NCBI GenBank assembly: GCA_029261035.1
Contig: JAJDCD010000012.1
Location: 6,958-70,957, forward strand
DNA: 64,000 nt
Source: Candidatus Omnitrophota bacterium
Lineage (GTDB): Bacteria > Omnitrophota > Omnitrophia > Omnitrophales > JACROU01
Direction of reading: 5' to 3'
Shown one piece after another: positions 43,300 to 53,241 of the stretch. The stretch's first letter is position 1. Each line of letters begins with the position of its first letter. The notes below the pieces were generated by a model. The model was not told the origin of the DNA. It saw only the letters and a program-made list of their open reading frames with translations, and made no database searches. Both the position numbers and the translations under genes were made by a program.

Positions 43300-44466
43300 T
43301 TACTTATCATTGAAAGACAATTGCTTCTTCTCATTTCTCATAGGTAATAACAAAATGAATTCCGTTCCTTTATCATTCAAATTCTTAACCTCTATCTTTC
43401 CACCATGAAGAAGAACAACACTGTATACAATAGTCAAGCCTAACCCAGAACCTTCTTCCTTTGTTGTAAAGTATTCTTCAAAAATATGCTCAACCTTATC
43501 CTCCGATATTCCGACTCCAGAATCTGCGAAAGAAATAGAACAAACCTGATCCTTAAAACTTGTTTCAACAGATAAAGACCCTCCTTTAGGCATTGCTTCC
43601 ATCGCATTTTTTATAAGATTAACAGAAAGCTGATAAATTTTATTTCGATCAAATAAAAAGTCAGGAAGTTTTTTATCTAGTTTCAAACTAATCTTAATCT
43701 TCATTTCATTCAATTCGGGCTCAAAGAAACGAACAGCCTCTTCTATGGGTTCATTTATAGCTCCTAACTCAAAGTCCGCAGGCGTTTGCCGTGTTGTCTT
43801 TAGAAAATTTTTAATTATTTGATCCATTCTAGAAGTCTCCTCCAACAAAACCTGTATGGACTGGTTAAATTCATTTTGATCTTTCTCAGGAAGGGTTTCT
43901 GATTTTTGAGAAAGAAGCTTTAAATGAATTAAAATAGAATTAAGAGGATTTCCAAGTTCATGAGCAATTCCTTGCGATAGCTTAACTAGGGATGAGATTC
44001 TTTCTAACTGTCCTAACTCCTTATCTTTTATTCGAATGGATGTAATATCCATAAGAACAAATAGAAAATAATCCACATTGCCTTCATTATTATAAAAAGG
44101 TTTTATGCTTAATATCAGAAAACGAGGCTTTGGATAAAACACTTCCTTTTCTTCACTCAATATCCCATCTTGTTTATCCATTTTATCTTCAGCCCAATGA
44201 AGCAAATCTGCATCAAAAATCATTTCTGAGAGGACTGTACTCTTATTAGGGTCAAATGAGACCCCTAAAGTACTTTGCGCAATTTTATTTGCCCATAAAA
44301 TCTTTTGATTGGGTTCTACAGCCATAAGACCTATAGGCAAATCCACCAATAATTCCTTTAGATCTTGTCTCTCTTCTTCAATCTGTAGGATATATTTCTG
44401 AACCGCTTCTTTGTCTATCTTTTCTAAACGTTCTAATAATTTATTTGTAAATAATGATTTAGACAT
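43300..44466 (-). CDS. cytoplasmic PAS-domain sensor histidine kinase
   Basis: No TM helix. PAS-like N-half. H-box GIAHELGNPLNSI. N-box LIKNAMEAM. G-boxes DSGVGI and GSGLGLTIV. The ATG overlaps the trpC stop by 8 nt. Confidence 0.88.
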   Translation of the reverse strand: MSKSLFTNKLLERLEKIDKEAVQKYILQIEEERQDLKELLVDLPIGLMAVEPNQKILWANKIAQSTLGVSFDPNKSTVLSEMIFDADLLHWAEDKMDKQDGILSEEKEVFYPKPRFLILSIKPFYNNEGNVDYFLFVLMDITSIRIKDKELGQLERISSLVKLSQGIAHELGNPLNSILIHLKLLSQKSETLPEKDQNEFNQSIQVLLEETSRMDQIIKNFLKTTRQTPADFELGAINEPIEEAVRFFEPELNEMKIKISLKLDKKLPDFLFDRNKIYQLSVNLIKNAMEAMPKGGSLSVETSFKDQVCSISFADSGVGISEDKVEHIFEEYFTTKEEGSGLGLTIVYSVVLLHGGKIEVKNLNDKGTEFILLLPMRNEKKQLSFNDK

Positions 44467-45250
44467 TTTTCCCTACCAATTCTTTTGTTTTCTCCAGTAT
44501 TTTTTTTGACTTAAGCAAACTTGTCCCAATTAAGAAGGCATGTACTCCTTTTGATAAAAAAGTTTCAATCTCTTCTCGAGTAGACAGGCCACTTTCAACC
44601 ACAACTGTTTTGTTTTTAGGAACTCTGGACAACAATCTTTCTGAAACCCCTAGATTTGTAGACAATGTACTTAAGTTCCTATTATTTATTCCTATTATAT
44701 CGCAATCAATTTTCAACACTTTATCCATATCCTCTTCAGAATGAACTTCTACAAGAACATCTAGGTTTAGAGATTGTGCTAATTGATAAAACTCTCTCAA
44801 TTCTTCCTCCGTCAAAAACATAGCAATAAGAAGGATCGCATCTGCAGACAATACTTTTGATTCATATATTTGATAAGTATCCAGAATAAAATCTTTTCTT
44901 AGAATGGGGAGCTTTGTTACTTTTCGAATGGTTTTTAAATAACTAGGTCTTCCTAAAAAATATTTCGTCTCCGTTAAAACCGACAACGCTTTTGCACCAC
45001 CCTGTTCGTACCACTCTGCTATCTTAAGAGGATTAAAATCCTCAACGATAATCCCATTTGATGGACTCGCCTTTTTTATTTCCGCAATAATATGAGTTCC
45101 CTTATTAGAAGAAATTGCTTTTTTAAATGAAAAAGAATCTGGCTTAAAGCTATTTTCCTCAATAGATTTAATTAATCTTTTTTCAGGAAAACGGAGTTTT
45201 AGCTCCTCAACTTCCCTTTTTTTGTTCTTTATAATTTCATCTAGAATCAT
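44459..45250 (-). CDS. trpC: indole-3-glycerol phosphate synthase
   Basis: IAEIKKASPSNG, LSVLTETKYFLG, LRKDFILD and INNRNL motifs. Confidence 0.9.
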   Translation of the reverse strand: MILDEIIKNKKREVEELKLRFPEKRLIKSIEENSFKPDSFSFKKAISSNKGTHIIAEIKKASPSNGIIVEDFNPLKIAEWYEQGGAKALSVLTETKYFLGRPSYLKTIRKVTKLPILRKDFILDTYQIYESKVLSADAILLIAMFLTEEELREFYQLAQSLNLDVLVEVHSEEDMDKVLKIDCDIIGINNRNLSTLSTNLGVSERLLSRVPKNKTVVVESGLSTREEIETFLSKGVHAFLIGTSLLKSKKILEKTKELVGKNV

Positions 45251-45282
45251 TTCTTCACACCTTGATTAGTTAGAAAAATCAA

Positions 45283-46308
45283 TCAACTTGGCAACACAAT
45301 TCCATTAGATATTTCTATCGCTTTTTTAAGTTGAGCATAAGCTCTGCCGGTTTCTATAGAATACAATCCTAGCGCAACTCCCTCTTTAATGCTAGAGGCT
45401 CTTCCAGAGGCAAACAACCCCAAAGCCGCATTCGCAAGAACAACATTTCTTCTTGGACCCTTTTCCTTTCCTTGCAATATATCTAAAGCTATTCTTTTAT
45501 TTTCTTTAAGGTTCTTAGTATTCAAATCCTTAGGGTTTATCTTTTTCATTCCAAAATCAGAGGGCGACAATGTATGTTTTTGGATTTTGCGTTTATATAA
45601 TTGAGTCCCATGAGCATCTCCTGTTAGAGAAATTTCATCATATCCCCCCTCACTCATAAATACCCACACATGTTTAGAACCTAGTTTTTTTAATATATCT
45701 ATATACACACCCACCAAAGAAGGTTCTGAAACACCTATAATTTGATTTTTAACTTTAGCAGGGTTTAGTAAAGGACCTAAAAAATTAAAGATAGATTTGA
45801 TTTTCAGTTTCTGACGAATGGGTTGAATCTTAGCAAATGCTGGATGATAAAATGGAGCATGCAAATAAGTGAAATTGCTTTTTTTAACTAATTTAGTAAG
45901 ATCAGACTTCTTAAGTTCTAAGGAGTACCCAAAAGCCTCCAACAGATCTGAGCTGCCACACTGAGAAGAAATAGATCTATTTCCATGCTTAATTATCTGA
46001 GCTCCAGCTCCAGCAGCAATCAGAGCGGCAATCGTAGAAATATTAAATGTGTTTTTCCCATCCCCTCCGGTACCACAAAAATCAACTGCAAAAGGTTGAT
46101 TATGATGAACAACATTCATTTTCTTTCTCAACAATTGGACGGCAGACAATAGTTCTACAGCAGATTCTCCTTTTTTTCTTAATAAAAGAAGAGAAAGTAA
46201 GTTAGAATACATAGAATTAGAACTATTGAAGTAACTCTGAATAAGCTCCAGAGCTTCTTTCGAGTTTAAATCCGTATTATTTAATAGCTTTTGTATAATA
46301 GCATCCAT
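45283..46308 (-). CDS. trpD: anthranilate phosphoribosyltransferase
   Basis: FCGTGGDGKNTFNISTIAALIAAGAG and KHGNRSISSQCGSSDLLEA. Confidence 0.9.
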   Translation of the reverse strand: MDAIIQKLLNNTDLNSKEALELIQSYFNSSNSMYSNLLSLLLLRKKGESAVELLSAVQLLRKKMNVVHHNQPFAVDFCGTGGDGKNTFNISTIAALIAAGAGAQIIKHGNRSISSQCGSSDLLEAFGYSLELKKSDLTKLVKKSNFTYLHAPFYHPAFAKIQPIRQKLKIKSIFNFLGPLLNPAKVKNQIIGVSEPSLVGVYIDILKKLGSKHVWVFMSEGGYDEISLTGDAHGTQLYKRKIQKHTLSPSDFGMKKINPKDLNTKNLKENKRIALDILQGKEKGPRRNVVLANAALGLFASGRASSIKEGVALGLYSIETGRAYAQLKKAIEISNGIVLPS

Positions 46309-46323
46309 ATAAGGCCCATCTAA

Positions 46324-47085
46324 ATGAAAATAAAATATTTAAAATTACTTCTAATTTATTCTTTCTTACTCTGTTTACCCTTAAGTTCCTGCAGTAAACT
46401 TTTTCCGCCAAAAGAGATTACAGTTCAAATAATACCTCAGGAAAAAGGCTTCATTGCTCATTTAAACATTTCAAGAAAAGGTCAGGTTCTAATTATACAA
46501 ACTGAGGAAATCAACCCCTCTCATCCAGAACTTAAAAAAATATTAGAGACTCCAAACACTTCTTTTACGCTTATTCTTCCATTAATAAATGAAACTTTAA
46601 TCAAAACAATTTCTCAACCCTTATGGATTGAGAAAATGAATGAATTTCACTATATCGATCTTAACTCAGTACCTGAATATCTTAAAAAGTATTTGTTAGA
46701 GCTTAAATCAAAAAAAATATTTTCCAAACCAACACGTCAAAACAGATACGTCCCTCTTAAAGACGCCGTTCTTATCTCTGTCTCACCTCACGAAAGCCTC
46801 GAATATAAAGAATCAACTAAAATTTGCTTTAAATTAATTCGAGGAAAAACTTCCTTTGTATTCACCCCAGAACTTACCCTGAAACTGATTGCGGATATGA
46901 AGAAAACATTTGGCAAACGTGGCATGAGAACAGACTTACTTGTCTCCAGCTCCATAACAGACGTTCCAGATATACTTTTGAATGAGTTCTTTGGAACACC
47001 TCATGTTATCAACATATCTCAAAGCGATTATACAGAAACTCCTATTTTTGAATCACAGGGTAAAGTAATAAAACAAATAAACTAG
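46324..47085 (+). CDS. hypothetical lipoprotein, opposite strand to the surrounding trp genes
   Basis: Lipobox LPLSSC after a hydrophobic leader. It is the only long ORF in this interval on either strand. There are 15 nt to the trpD start and 3 nt to the trpG stop. Confidence 0.55.
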   Translation: MKIKYLKLLLIYSFLLCLPLSSCSKLFPPKEITVQIIPQEKGFIAHLNISRKGQVLIIQTEEINPSHPELKKILETPNTSFTLILPLINETLIKTISQPLWIEKMNEFHYIDLNSVPEYLKKYLLELKSKKIFSKPTRQNRYVPLKDAVLISVSPHESLEYKESTKICFKLIRGKTSFVFTPELTLKLIADMKKTFGKRGMRTDLLVSSSITDVPDILLNEFFGTPHVINISQSDYTETPIFESQGKVIKQIN

Positions 47086-47088
47086 CTT

Positions 47089-47661
47089 TTACTTCACACT
47101 CAAAAAATTCTTAAGCAAGATCTTGCCTTCTTTAGTCATAATCGATTCTGGATGGAATTGAACACCCCATGTAGGATAATTTTTGTGTTTAATACCCATA
47201 ATTTCTTGACTGCTCGTCCATGCATTGACAATAAAATCCTTAGGCAAGGTGTTTTTGTCAATCAATAAGGAATGATAACGTGTTGCAATAAAAGGATTAC
47301 TCATAGATTTATAGATTGGATCATTCTTATGTTTAACCTCAGAGGTTTTTCCATGCATAATCTTTTTAGCACGAACAATTTTAGCTCCGTAACTATAGCC
47401 TATACATTGATGCCCTAAACAAATTCCTAATATGGGTATTTTTCCATTAAACTCTCTTATGACATCATTAGAAATCCCTGCTTCTTTTGGGGTACAAGGA
47501 CCTGGAGATATTACTATTTTATCTGGTTTCATCCGTTTAATTTGCTGAATACTCGTTTCATTGTTACGAAACACCTTCAATTTACCTCCGAGTTCACCTA
47601 GGTACTGTACGACGTTATAAGTAAATGAATCAAAGTTATCTATCATAATAATTCTATTCAT
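47089..47661 (-). CDS. trpG: anthranilate synthase component II (glutamine amidotransferase; TrpG/PabA type)
   Basis: Class-I GATase triad motifs GICLGHQ and QFHPES. It overlaps trpE by 4 nt. Confidence 0.88.
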   Translation of the reverse strand: MNRIIMIDNFDSFTYNVVQYLGELGGKLKVFRNNETSIQQIKRMKPDKIVISPGPCTPKEAGISNDVIREFNGKIPILGICLGHQCIGYSYGAKIVRAKKIMHGKTSEVKHKNDPIYKSMSNPFIATRYHSLLIDKNTLPKDFIVNAWTSSQEIMGIKHKNYPTWGVQFHPESIMTKEGKILLKNFLSVK

Positions 47662-49094
47662 AACAAATCATTTCCTTCTGATATCTGTATCGCATGAATC
47701 AATGCTTTTGCTTTATTAACAGTCTCTTCATACTCTTTTTCTGGATTAGAATCATAAACAATTCCTGCTCCTGCTTGAACATAAGCGTGATCTTTATCTA
47801 CAACCACTGTCCTTATAGCAATACACATATCCATATCTCCCGTTAAACTAAAATAACCTACAGCACCCGCGTAAGGGCCTCTTTTATCCTTCTCAAGCTC
47901 GTCAATAATTTCCATTGCTCTAATTTTAGGAGCTCCAGACACCGTCCCCGCAGGAAATGTAGCTTTCAATAGATCAAAATCTGTTTTGTTTGACTGTAAT
48001 GTTCCCGTTACATCCGTAACTAAATGCATCACATGAGAATAACGTTCAACCCGGGCGTAATCATCCACTTCCACAGTATTCGTTTTTGAAACACGCCCCA
48101 AATCATTACGCCCCAAGTCAACTAGCATTAAATGTTCTGCCATTTCTTTCTTCGAATTCTTAAGGTCTTGTTCTAATTTCTTGTCTTCTTTCTCAGTCTT
48201 CCCTCTGGGTCTTGTTCCAGCAATCGGACGAACCTCTGCCGTCGTTCCTGTTTTCTTAACTAGAAGCTCGGGACTAGAACCAATAAGTTTCAAGTTATTG
48301 TGTCTAAAGTAAAACATATAAGGAGATGGATTCAAGGATCTTAAAACGCGATAAATAGAAAAATCATCTTGAACTTTTCCCAAATCAAAACGTTGACTCA
48401 TTACAACCTGAATACAATCTCCTTGGCGAATATAGTTCTTAATTTTCTTAACTTTACTCGTAAAACTTTGCTTAGATAAATTAGATTTTAATTTAAAAGC
48501 TGAAGGTCGAGTAGCTCTTTTCTTAACAACAACTTTCGTATCTAAAAGTTTGTGGTATTTATTTAGGTCGACCTGCACTTTCTTATAGTTACTTTCTAAG
48601 TTCTTATCACACTCTATAAGTTGAACAATACGCATCTTTTTTTCTAAATGGTCAAAAAGAATAAAGTGATCAACCCAATAAAAAACACTTTCAGCAATGG
48701 GAAGACTTGGTTTTTTATTTTGAATTGATACCGATTCAAAATAACGAACATTTTCATAGGACAAGTACCCAACAAGCCCACCTTGAAAATCAGGCAAATA
48801 TTCTGATTTTTGAAATTTCTTTCTTTTGGGTTCAATCTCTTTTTCCAAAGTTTCTAATACACTTTTATCTTGATTAAATACAAACTCTTTCTTTGGAGAT
48901 GGGCAAATAAAAGAGTATCTACCTAGTTGAGCCCCTAATTCTACCGACTCTAAGAGAATGGCGGGATTGTCTTCCTTATTTAATTTAAGAAAAACAGACA
49001 CAGGAGTCTCTAGATCAGCCATAATCTCCTTGAAAACTGGAGTAATTGTTCCTTTTTTATATTTTTTCAACTCGCTCAATGAGGGTGATATCAT
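47658..49094 (-). CDS. trpE: anthranilate synthase component I
   Basis: LLESVE N-terminal motif. The chorismate-binding core has GAPKIRAMEIIDELE, RGPYAGAVGYF and IAIRT. Confidence 0.9.
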   Translation of the reverse strand: MISPSLSELKKYKKGTITPVFKEIMADLETPVSVFLKLNKEDNPAILLESVELGAQLGRYSFICPSPKKEFVFNQDKSVLETLEKEIEPKRKKFQKSEYLPDFQGGLVGYLSYENVRYFESVSIQNKKPSLPIAESVFYWVDHFILFDHLEKKMRIVQLIECDKNLESNYKKVQVDLNKYHKLLDTKVVVKKRATRPSAFKLKSNLSKQSFTSKVKKIKNYIRQGDCIQVVMSQRFDLGKVQDDFSIYRVLRSLNPSPYMFYFRHNNLKLIGSSPELLVKKTGTTAEVRPIAGTRPRGKTEKEDKKLEQDLKNSKKEMAEHLMLVDLGRNDLGRVSKTNTVEVDDYARVERYSHVMHLVTDVTGTLQSNKTDFDLLKATFPAGTVSGAPKIRAMEIIDELEKDKRGPYAGAVGYFSLTGDMDMCIAIRTVVVDKDHAYVQAGAGIVYDSNPEKEYEETVNKAKALIHAIQISEGNDLL

Positions 49095-49097
49095 AAT

Positions 49098-49856
49098 TTA
49101 CCTTCTTACAGGAACGTCCTTATTCATTAAATACTCTTTTACTTGCGTTACTGTTAATTCGCCAAAATGAAATAAACTTGCAGCCAAAGCAGCGTCTGCC
49201 TTTCCTTCTTTAAAAGCTTCTTCAAAATGCTCCAATTTCCCAGCCCCACCCGAAGCTATCACAGGTACAGAAACGGCATCAGATACTTTTTTTGTCAGGT
49301 CTAAATCATAACCTTCCTTAGTGCCATCACAATCCATACTTGTTAATAAAATTTCTCCTCCTCCAAGACTTACAACTTCTTTTGCCCATTCGACAACATC
49401 TCTACCTGTATCTATTCTCCCACCATGAGTAAAAACATTCCAACTACCTTCGGAATTTCTTTTAGCATCTATGGCAACAACAATACATTGAGAACCAAAT
49501 TGGTCTGAAGCTTTTTTTACGAGCTCGGGCTTTTCGACTGCTCTTGTGTTCAAGGACACTTTATCGCATCCTGCTTTAAGCAAATCTCGAATATCTCCAA
49601 CCCCTTGAATTCCTCCACCTACCGTAAAGGGGATATAAATAGATTCCGCTACTTTCTCAACGATCTTTAGTAAAATAGGTCTTTCCTCATGAGAAGCTGT
49701 AATATCCAAAAAAACAAGCTCATCCGCATTCTGCTTATCATAGGCAATAGCACACTCAACAGGATCTCCAGCGTCTACAAGGTCAACAAATTGAACCCCT
49801 TTAACAACACGGCCTTCATGAACATCTAAACACGGTATAATTCTTTTTGTTAACAT
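49098..49856 (-). CDS. hisF: imidazole glycerol phosphate synthase cyclase subunit
   Basis: [20 protein letters not shown] and ASGGAG motifs. Confidence 0.95.
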   Translation of the reverse strand: MLTKRIIPCLDVHEGRVVKGVQFVDLVDAGDPVECAIAYDKQNADELVFLDITASHEERPILLKIVEKVAESIYIPFTVGGGIQGVGDIRDLLKAGCDKVSLNTRAVEKPELVKKASDQFGSQCIVVAIDAKRNSEGSWNVFTHGGRIDTGRDVVEWAKEVVSLGGGEILLTSMDCDGTKEGYDLDLTKKVSDAVSVPVIASGGAGKLEHFEEAFKEGKADAALAASLFHFGELTVTQVKEYLMNKDVPVRR

Positions 49857-49874
49857 TCAATAATCTCCAGCGAG

Positions 49875-50600
49875 TTACTTTTTAACCAACTCAACGGCTT
49901 CTTTTAAATTAATTTTATCTTCATATAAAGCACGGCCAATAATAGTTCCATTAAAATTAGGTTCTTTAATTTCCAAAACTTTTTTTACATCCTCAATATT
50001 TGCCATGCCTCCAGACAATATAAACTCAATGGATGGTTGCAAGTTCAAAACCTCTTTCAAACCTTCTATATTAGGCCCTTGCAGCATTCCATCTTTAGAA
50101 ATATCCGTCCAAACACCGTAAGAAGCTCCCATCTCCGCAATATGATTTAAGAAATCTTCTTGGTTAACTCCGCTCCCTTTCTTCCAACCATGCGTTTGAA
50201 CTAACCCGTCACGCACATCCATACCAATTGCAATCTGACTAGAAAATTCAGAAAGAATCTCTTTAACAAATCCTTTATCAACAGCACGAGTTCCAACAAT
50301 AACTCTGGAAACACCTATATCTAAAGCCGTCTTAATTTGCTCAATTGTTCTTACACCTCCACCAAGCTGAACTGGGGTATGAGTCTCATCAATGATCTTT
50401 CTTACGTATTCAAAATTTTTAAATTCACCATGAACTGCTCCATCTAAATCAACTACATGTATAAAATCTGCTCCCGCTTCTTGCCACCGCCTAGCATAAT
50501 CCACAGGTTCTCCTGGATACTCTGCCACCTGAGCAAAATCACCTCTTCGAAGTCGTACTACTTTTCCGTCCAAAATGTCAATAGAGGGGTATAACAACAT
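49875..50600 (-). CDS. hisA: ProFAR isomerase (1-(5-phosphoribosyl)-5-[(5-phosphoribosylamino)methylideneamino]imidazole-4-carboxamide isomerase)
   Basis: LYPSIDILDGKVVRL, HVVDLDGA and GGGVRT. Confidence 0.93.
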   Translation of the reverse strand: MLLYPSIDILDGKVVRLRRGDFAQVAEYPGEPVDYARRWQEAGADFIHVVDLDGAVHGEFKNFEYVRKIIDETHTPVQLGGGVRTIEQIKTALDIGVSRVIVGTRAVDKGFVKEILSEFSSQIAIGMDVRDGLVQTHGWKKGSGVNQEDFLNHIAEMGASYGVWTDISKDGMLQGPNIEGLKEVLNLQPSIEFILSGGMANIEDVKKVLEIKEPNFNGTIIGRALYEDKINLKEAVELVKK

Positions 50601-50613
50601 AACTTTTTCTCCT

Positions 50614-51219
50614 TTAATAATTAATAAAGTTTTCTAAAATTTTAAGTCCTTCCGATTGGCTTTTCTCAGGGTGAAACTGAGTCGCCCAAACATTCTCTTT
50701 TTCAATAATTGCAGGAAAATCCACACCGTAAGACGCCTTACCAACAACAATGGAGGGGTCTTCTGGAATGGCATAAAAAGAATGCACAAAATAGAAATAG
50801 GTATCTTTTTTTGTATCCTTAAAAATACCGCTCTGACCTTCATTTGGAACAATCGAGTTCCATCCCATATGAGGTACTTTTAAATCCCGGTTTTGAAATC
50901 GAGCTATTTTCCCCTTAAATATATTCAACCCCGGAATATCTGGATTTTCATCGCTAGATGAAAATAAAACTTGTAATCCTATGCATATGCCCAAAAAAGG
51001 TTTGTTATTCTGAATCACTTTTTTAATCGGAGAAATTAAATTTCTTTTTCTCAGTTCACACATCGCGTCTCCAAAAGCACCCACTCCCGGAAGAATAACC
51101 TTATCCGCCTGAAGAACGACATCCTTATCTGATGTCACAACAACACTCGCTCCCAATTTTTCTAACGCCTTGGATACACTTCGAAGATTTCCTGAGCCAT
51201 AATCAATAACTGCTATCAT
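50614..51219 (-). CDS. hisH: imidazole glycerol phosphate synthase glutamine amidotransferase subunit
   Basis: IAVIDYGSGNLRSV, GICIGLQ and QFHPEKS. The ATG at 51219 is preceded by AAGGGAG. The track start at 51258 is an upstream in-frame alternative. Confidence 0.93.
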   Translation of the reverse strand: MIAVIDYGSGNLRSVSKALEKLGASVVVTSDKDVVLQADKVILPGVGAFGDAMCELRKRNLISPIKKVIQNNKPFLGICIGLQVLFSSSDENPDIPGLNIFKGKIARFQNRDLKVPHMGWNSIVPNEGQSGIFKDTKKDTYFYFVHSFYAIPEDPSIVVGKASYGVDFPAIIEKENVWATQFHPEKSQSEGLKILENFINY

Positions 51220-51306
51220 TAAAAAAACTCCCTTAAAGATTGCATCAAATTTACACACTTTATAAGCAAAACATGCCCTATTATAAATTAACAGAATTGC
51301 CTTAAG

Positions 51307-51960
51307 TTATTCTTTTAACTTTCCCTTAGTAGAAGGAATGCCTTTGCTACGGGGATCAATTTGAGTGGCCATATCTAAAGCCTTAGAGACACACTTAAAG
51401 AGCGCCTCTATGACATGGTGAGGATCTGTACCAAACTGAATAATCACATTCATATTAATTCCAGCGTGTTGGACAAAAGTCTTAAAGAATTCTCTAGCAT
51501 CATTTAAAAGATAAGAATTCTTGCGCTCAGTAATTTTCACCTTACGGTCTACTGTGTAATGAAATGAAGGTCGATCTGATATGTCTAGTGCTACTTGAAC
51601 TAAAGCCTCATCCATTGGAAGTATAAAAAAACCATAACGCTTAATTCCTTTTTTCGTACCCAAACACTCGCTAAAAGCTTTCCCCAAACAAATGGCCGTA
51701 TCTTCATTAGTATGGTGTATATCAATGTGAATATCTCCAACAGCCTTAACTTCTATATCGAATAAACCATGCTTTGCGAATCCTTCTAACATATGATCCA
51801 GAAAAGCAACGTCGGTCTTTACTTTTGATTTTCCACTTCCATCAATTTTTACTTTAACTTGAATATCTGTTTCGCTTGTCTTTCTCTTAAAACTTGCGGA
51901 TCTCTTATTAGATTTAACTGACTTTGTATTCATTCGATTCTCTTTTCTTATGCCTAACAT
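51307..51960 (-). CDS. hisB: imidazoleglycerol-phosphate dehydratase
   Basis: RKTSETDIQVKVKIDGSG, and the His-rich metal motifs DIHHTNEDTAI and DPHHVIEALFK. The real start may be the internal ATG at 51933. Confidence 0.92.
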   Translation of the reverse strand: MLGIRKENRMNTKSVKSNKRSASFKRKTSETDIQVKVKIDGSGKSKVKTDVAFLDHMLEGFAKHGLFDIEVKAVGDIHIDIHHTNEDTAICLGKAFSECLGTKKGIKRYGFFILPMDEALVQVALDISDRPSFHYTVDRKVKITERKNSYLLNDAREFFKTFVQHAGINMNVIIQFGTDPHHVIEALFKCVSKALDMATQIDPRSKGIPSTKGKLKE

Positions 51961-51980
51961 TTAGGGACTACTATAAAACG

Positions 51981-53225
51981 TCATTTTTTCTTAGTATCTA
52001 CAAAACGTGCTTCCATTGAAATTTTGTGCAAAATAAGACCCTCAATATCTGTTAACACCTTTACAAATTCTCGTCCTTTATTCAACGCATCTTTAGTATA
52101 ATGAATCACTTGAAAGCTCTTTATAAAGCTTGAAGAGCTTAAGGGTGAAAAAAAGCGTGCTGTCCCTGCTGTCGGTAGGACATGACTAGGCCCTGCGATG
52201 TAGTCTCCAATAACTGTCGGAGAATAAGGTCCTATAAAAACTGTCCCTGCATGTTTTATCTTTTTTAGATAAATATTAGGAGATTTAGTGATAATCTCCA
52301 AATGTTCCGGAGCCATCTCATTTACAACCTCACAACCCTCTTCTAAAGAAGATACCATAATAATATAGCCCGGTTCGACTCTTTTTCTAATCTGCTCTGC
52401 CAACTTCTTTGAGTTCGTCACCAAAAAGCCAGACCCACCAATATGTTCTGTTTGAGCTAGAAGGTCACAGGTGACAAAATTAGGATCGGCTGACGCATCT
52501 GCTAAAATACAAATTTCACTTGGTCCAGCCACCATGTCAATGTCTACATAACCATACACCTGCCTCTTTGCTTCTGTTACATAGGAGTTTCCAGGCCCAA
52601 CGATTTTATCGACTTTCTTAATTGTTCTTGTTCCAAAAGCCAAAGCAGCAATTGCTTGAGCACCACCACAACGATAAATCTCTTTAATCCCTAACAAATT
52701 AGCCACTACTAATATTTGAGGATTGATATCTTCTGTATCCCTTTGAGGTGGAGTAACCAAAACCAGATCTTTTACCCCTGCAATTTTCGCAGGTAATGCT
52801 GTCATCAAGACAGTAGAAATTAATGGTGCTTGTCCTCCAGGAACATAGATGCCAACACGCTCTAAAGGAGAATAACATTTACTTAATTTCGCTCCATCGC
52901 AGCCCTTTACAGAGTAACTCTTTTTAATATCTTTTTCGTAAAACTGTTTAGCGTTACTCTGAAACTCTTTTATTAAAGGAACAAAATCATACCCTTCTAC
53001 TTTTTCATAAGCCTTGTTAATTTCCCCTTCGGAAACTCTTAATTTTTTCAAAGGTATATCAATACGATCAAACTCCTTAGTAAATCTTCTCAATGCTGCA
53101 TCTCCATGAGTCCGAACTTCTTGAAGAATCTTATGCACTTTTTTAAAAAGTAGCTCATCAAACTCAACTTCTTTGAGACGGCTAATCTTTTTTTGAGTTG
53201 TCTTATCCCATTGCACGACTTGCAT
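51981..53225 (-). CDS. hisD: histidinol dehydrogenase
   Basis: 414 aa. VGIYVPGG, GAQAIAALAFGT, VDMVAGPSE, and QTEH in LAQTEHIGG. Confidence 0.93.
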   Translation of the reverse strand: MQVVQWDKTTQKKISRLKEVEFDELLFKKVHKILQEVRTHGDAALRRFTKEFDRIDIPLKKLRVSEGEINKAYEKVEGYDFVPLIKEFQSNAKQFYEKDIKKSYSVKGCDGAKLSKCYSPLERVGIYVPGGQAPLISTVLMTALPAKIAGVKDLVLVTPPQRDTEDINPQILVVANLLGIKEIYRCGGAQAIAALAFGTRTIKKVDKIVGPGNSYVTEAKRQVYGYVDIDMVAGPSEICILADASADPNFVTCDLLAQTEHIGGSGFLVTNSKKLAEQIRKRVEPGYIIMVSSLEEGCEVVNEMAPEHLEIITKSPNIYLKKIKHAGTVFIGPYSPTVIGDYIAGPSHVLPTAGTARFFSPLSSSSFIKSFQVIHYTKDALNKGREFVKVLTDIEGLILHKISMEARFVDTKKK

Positions 53226-53241
53226 AATAGATTTCCTTTTT

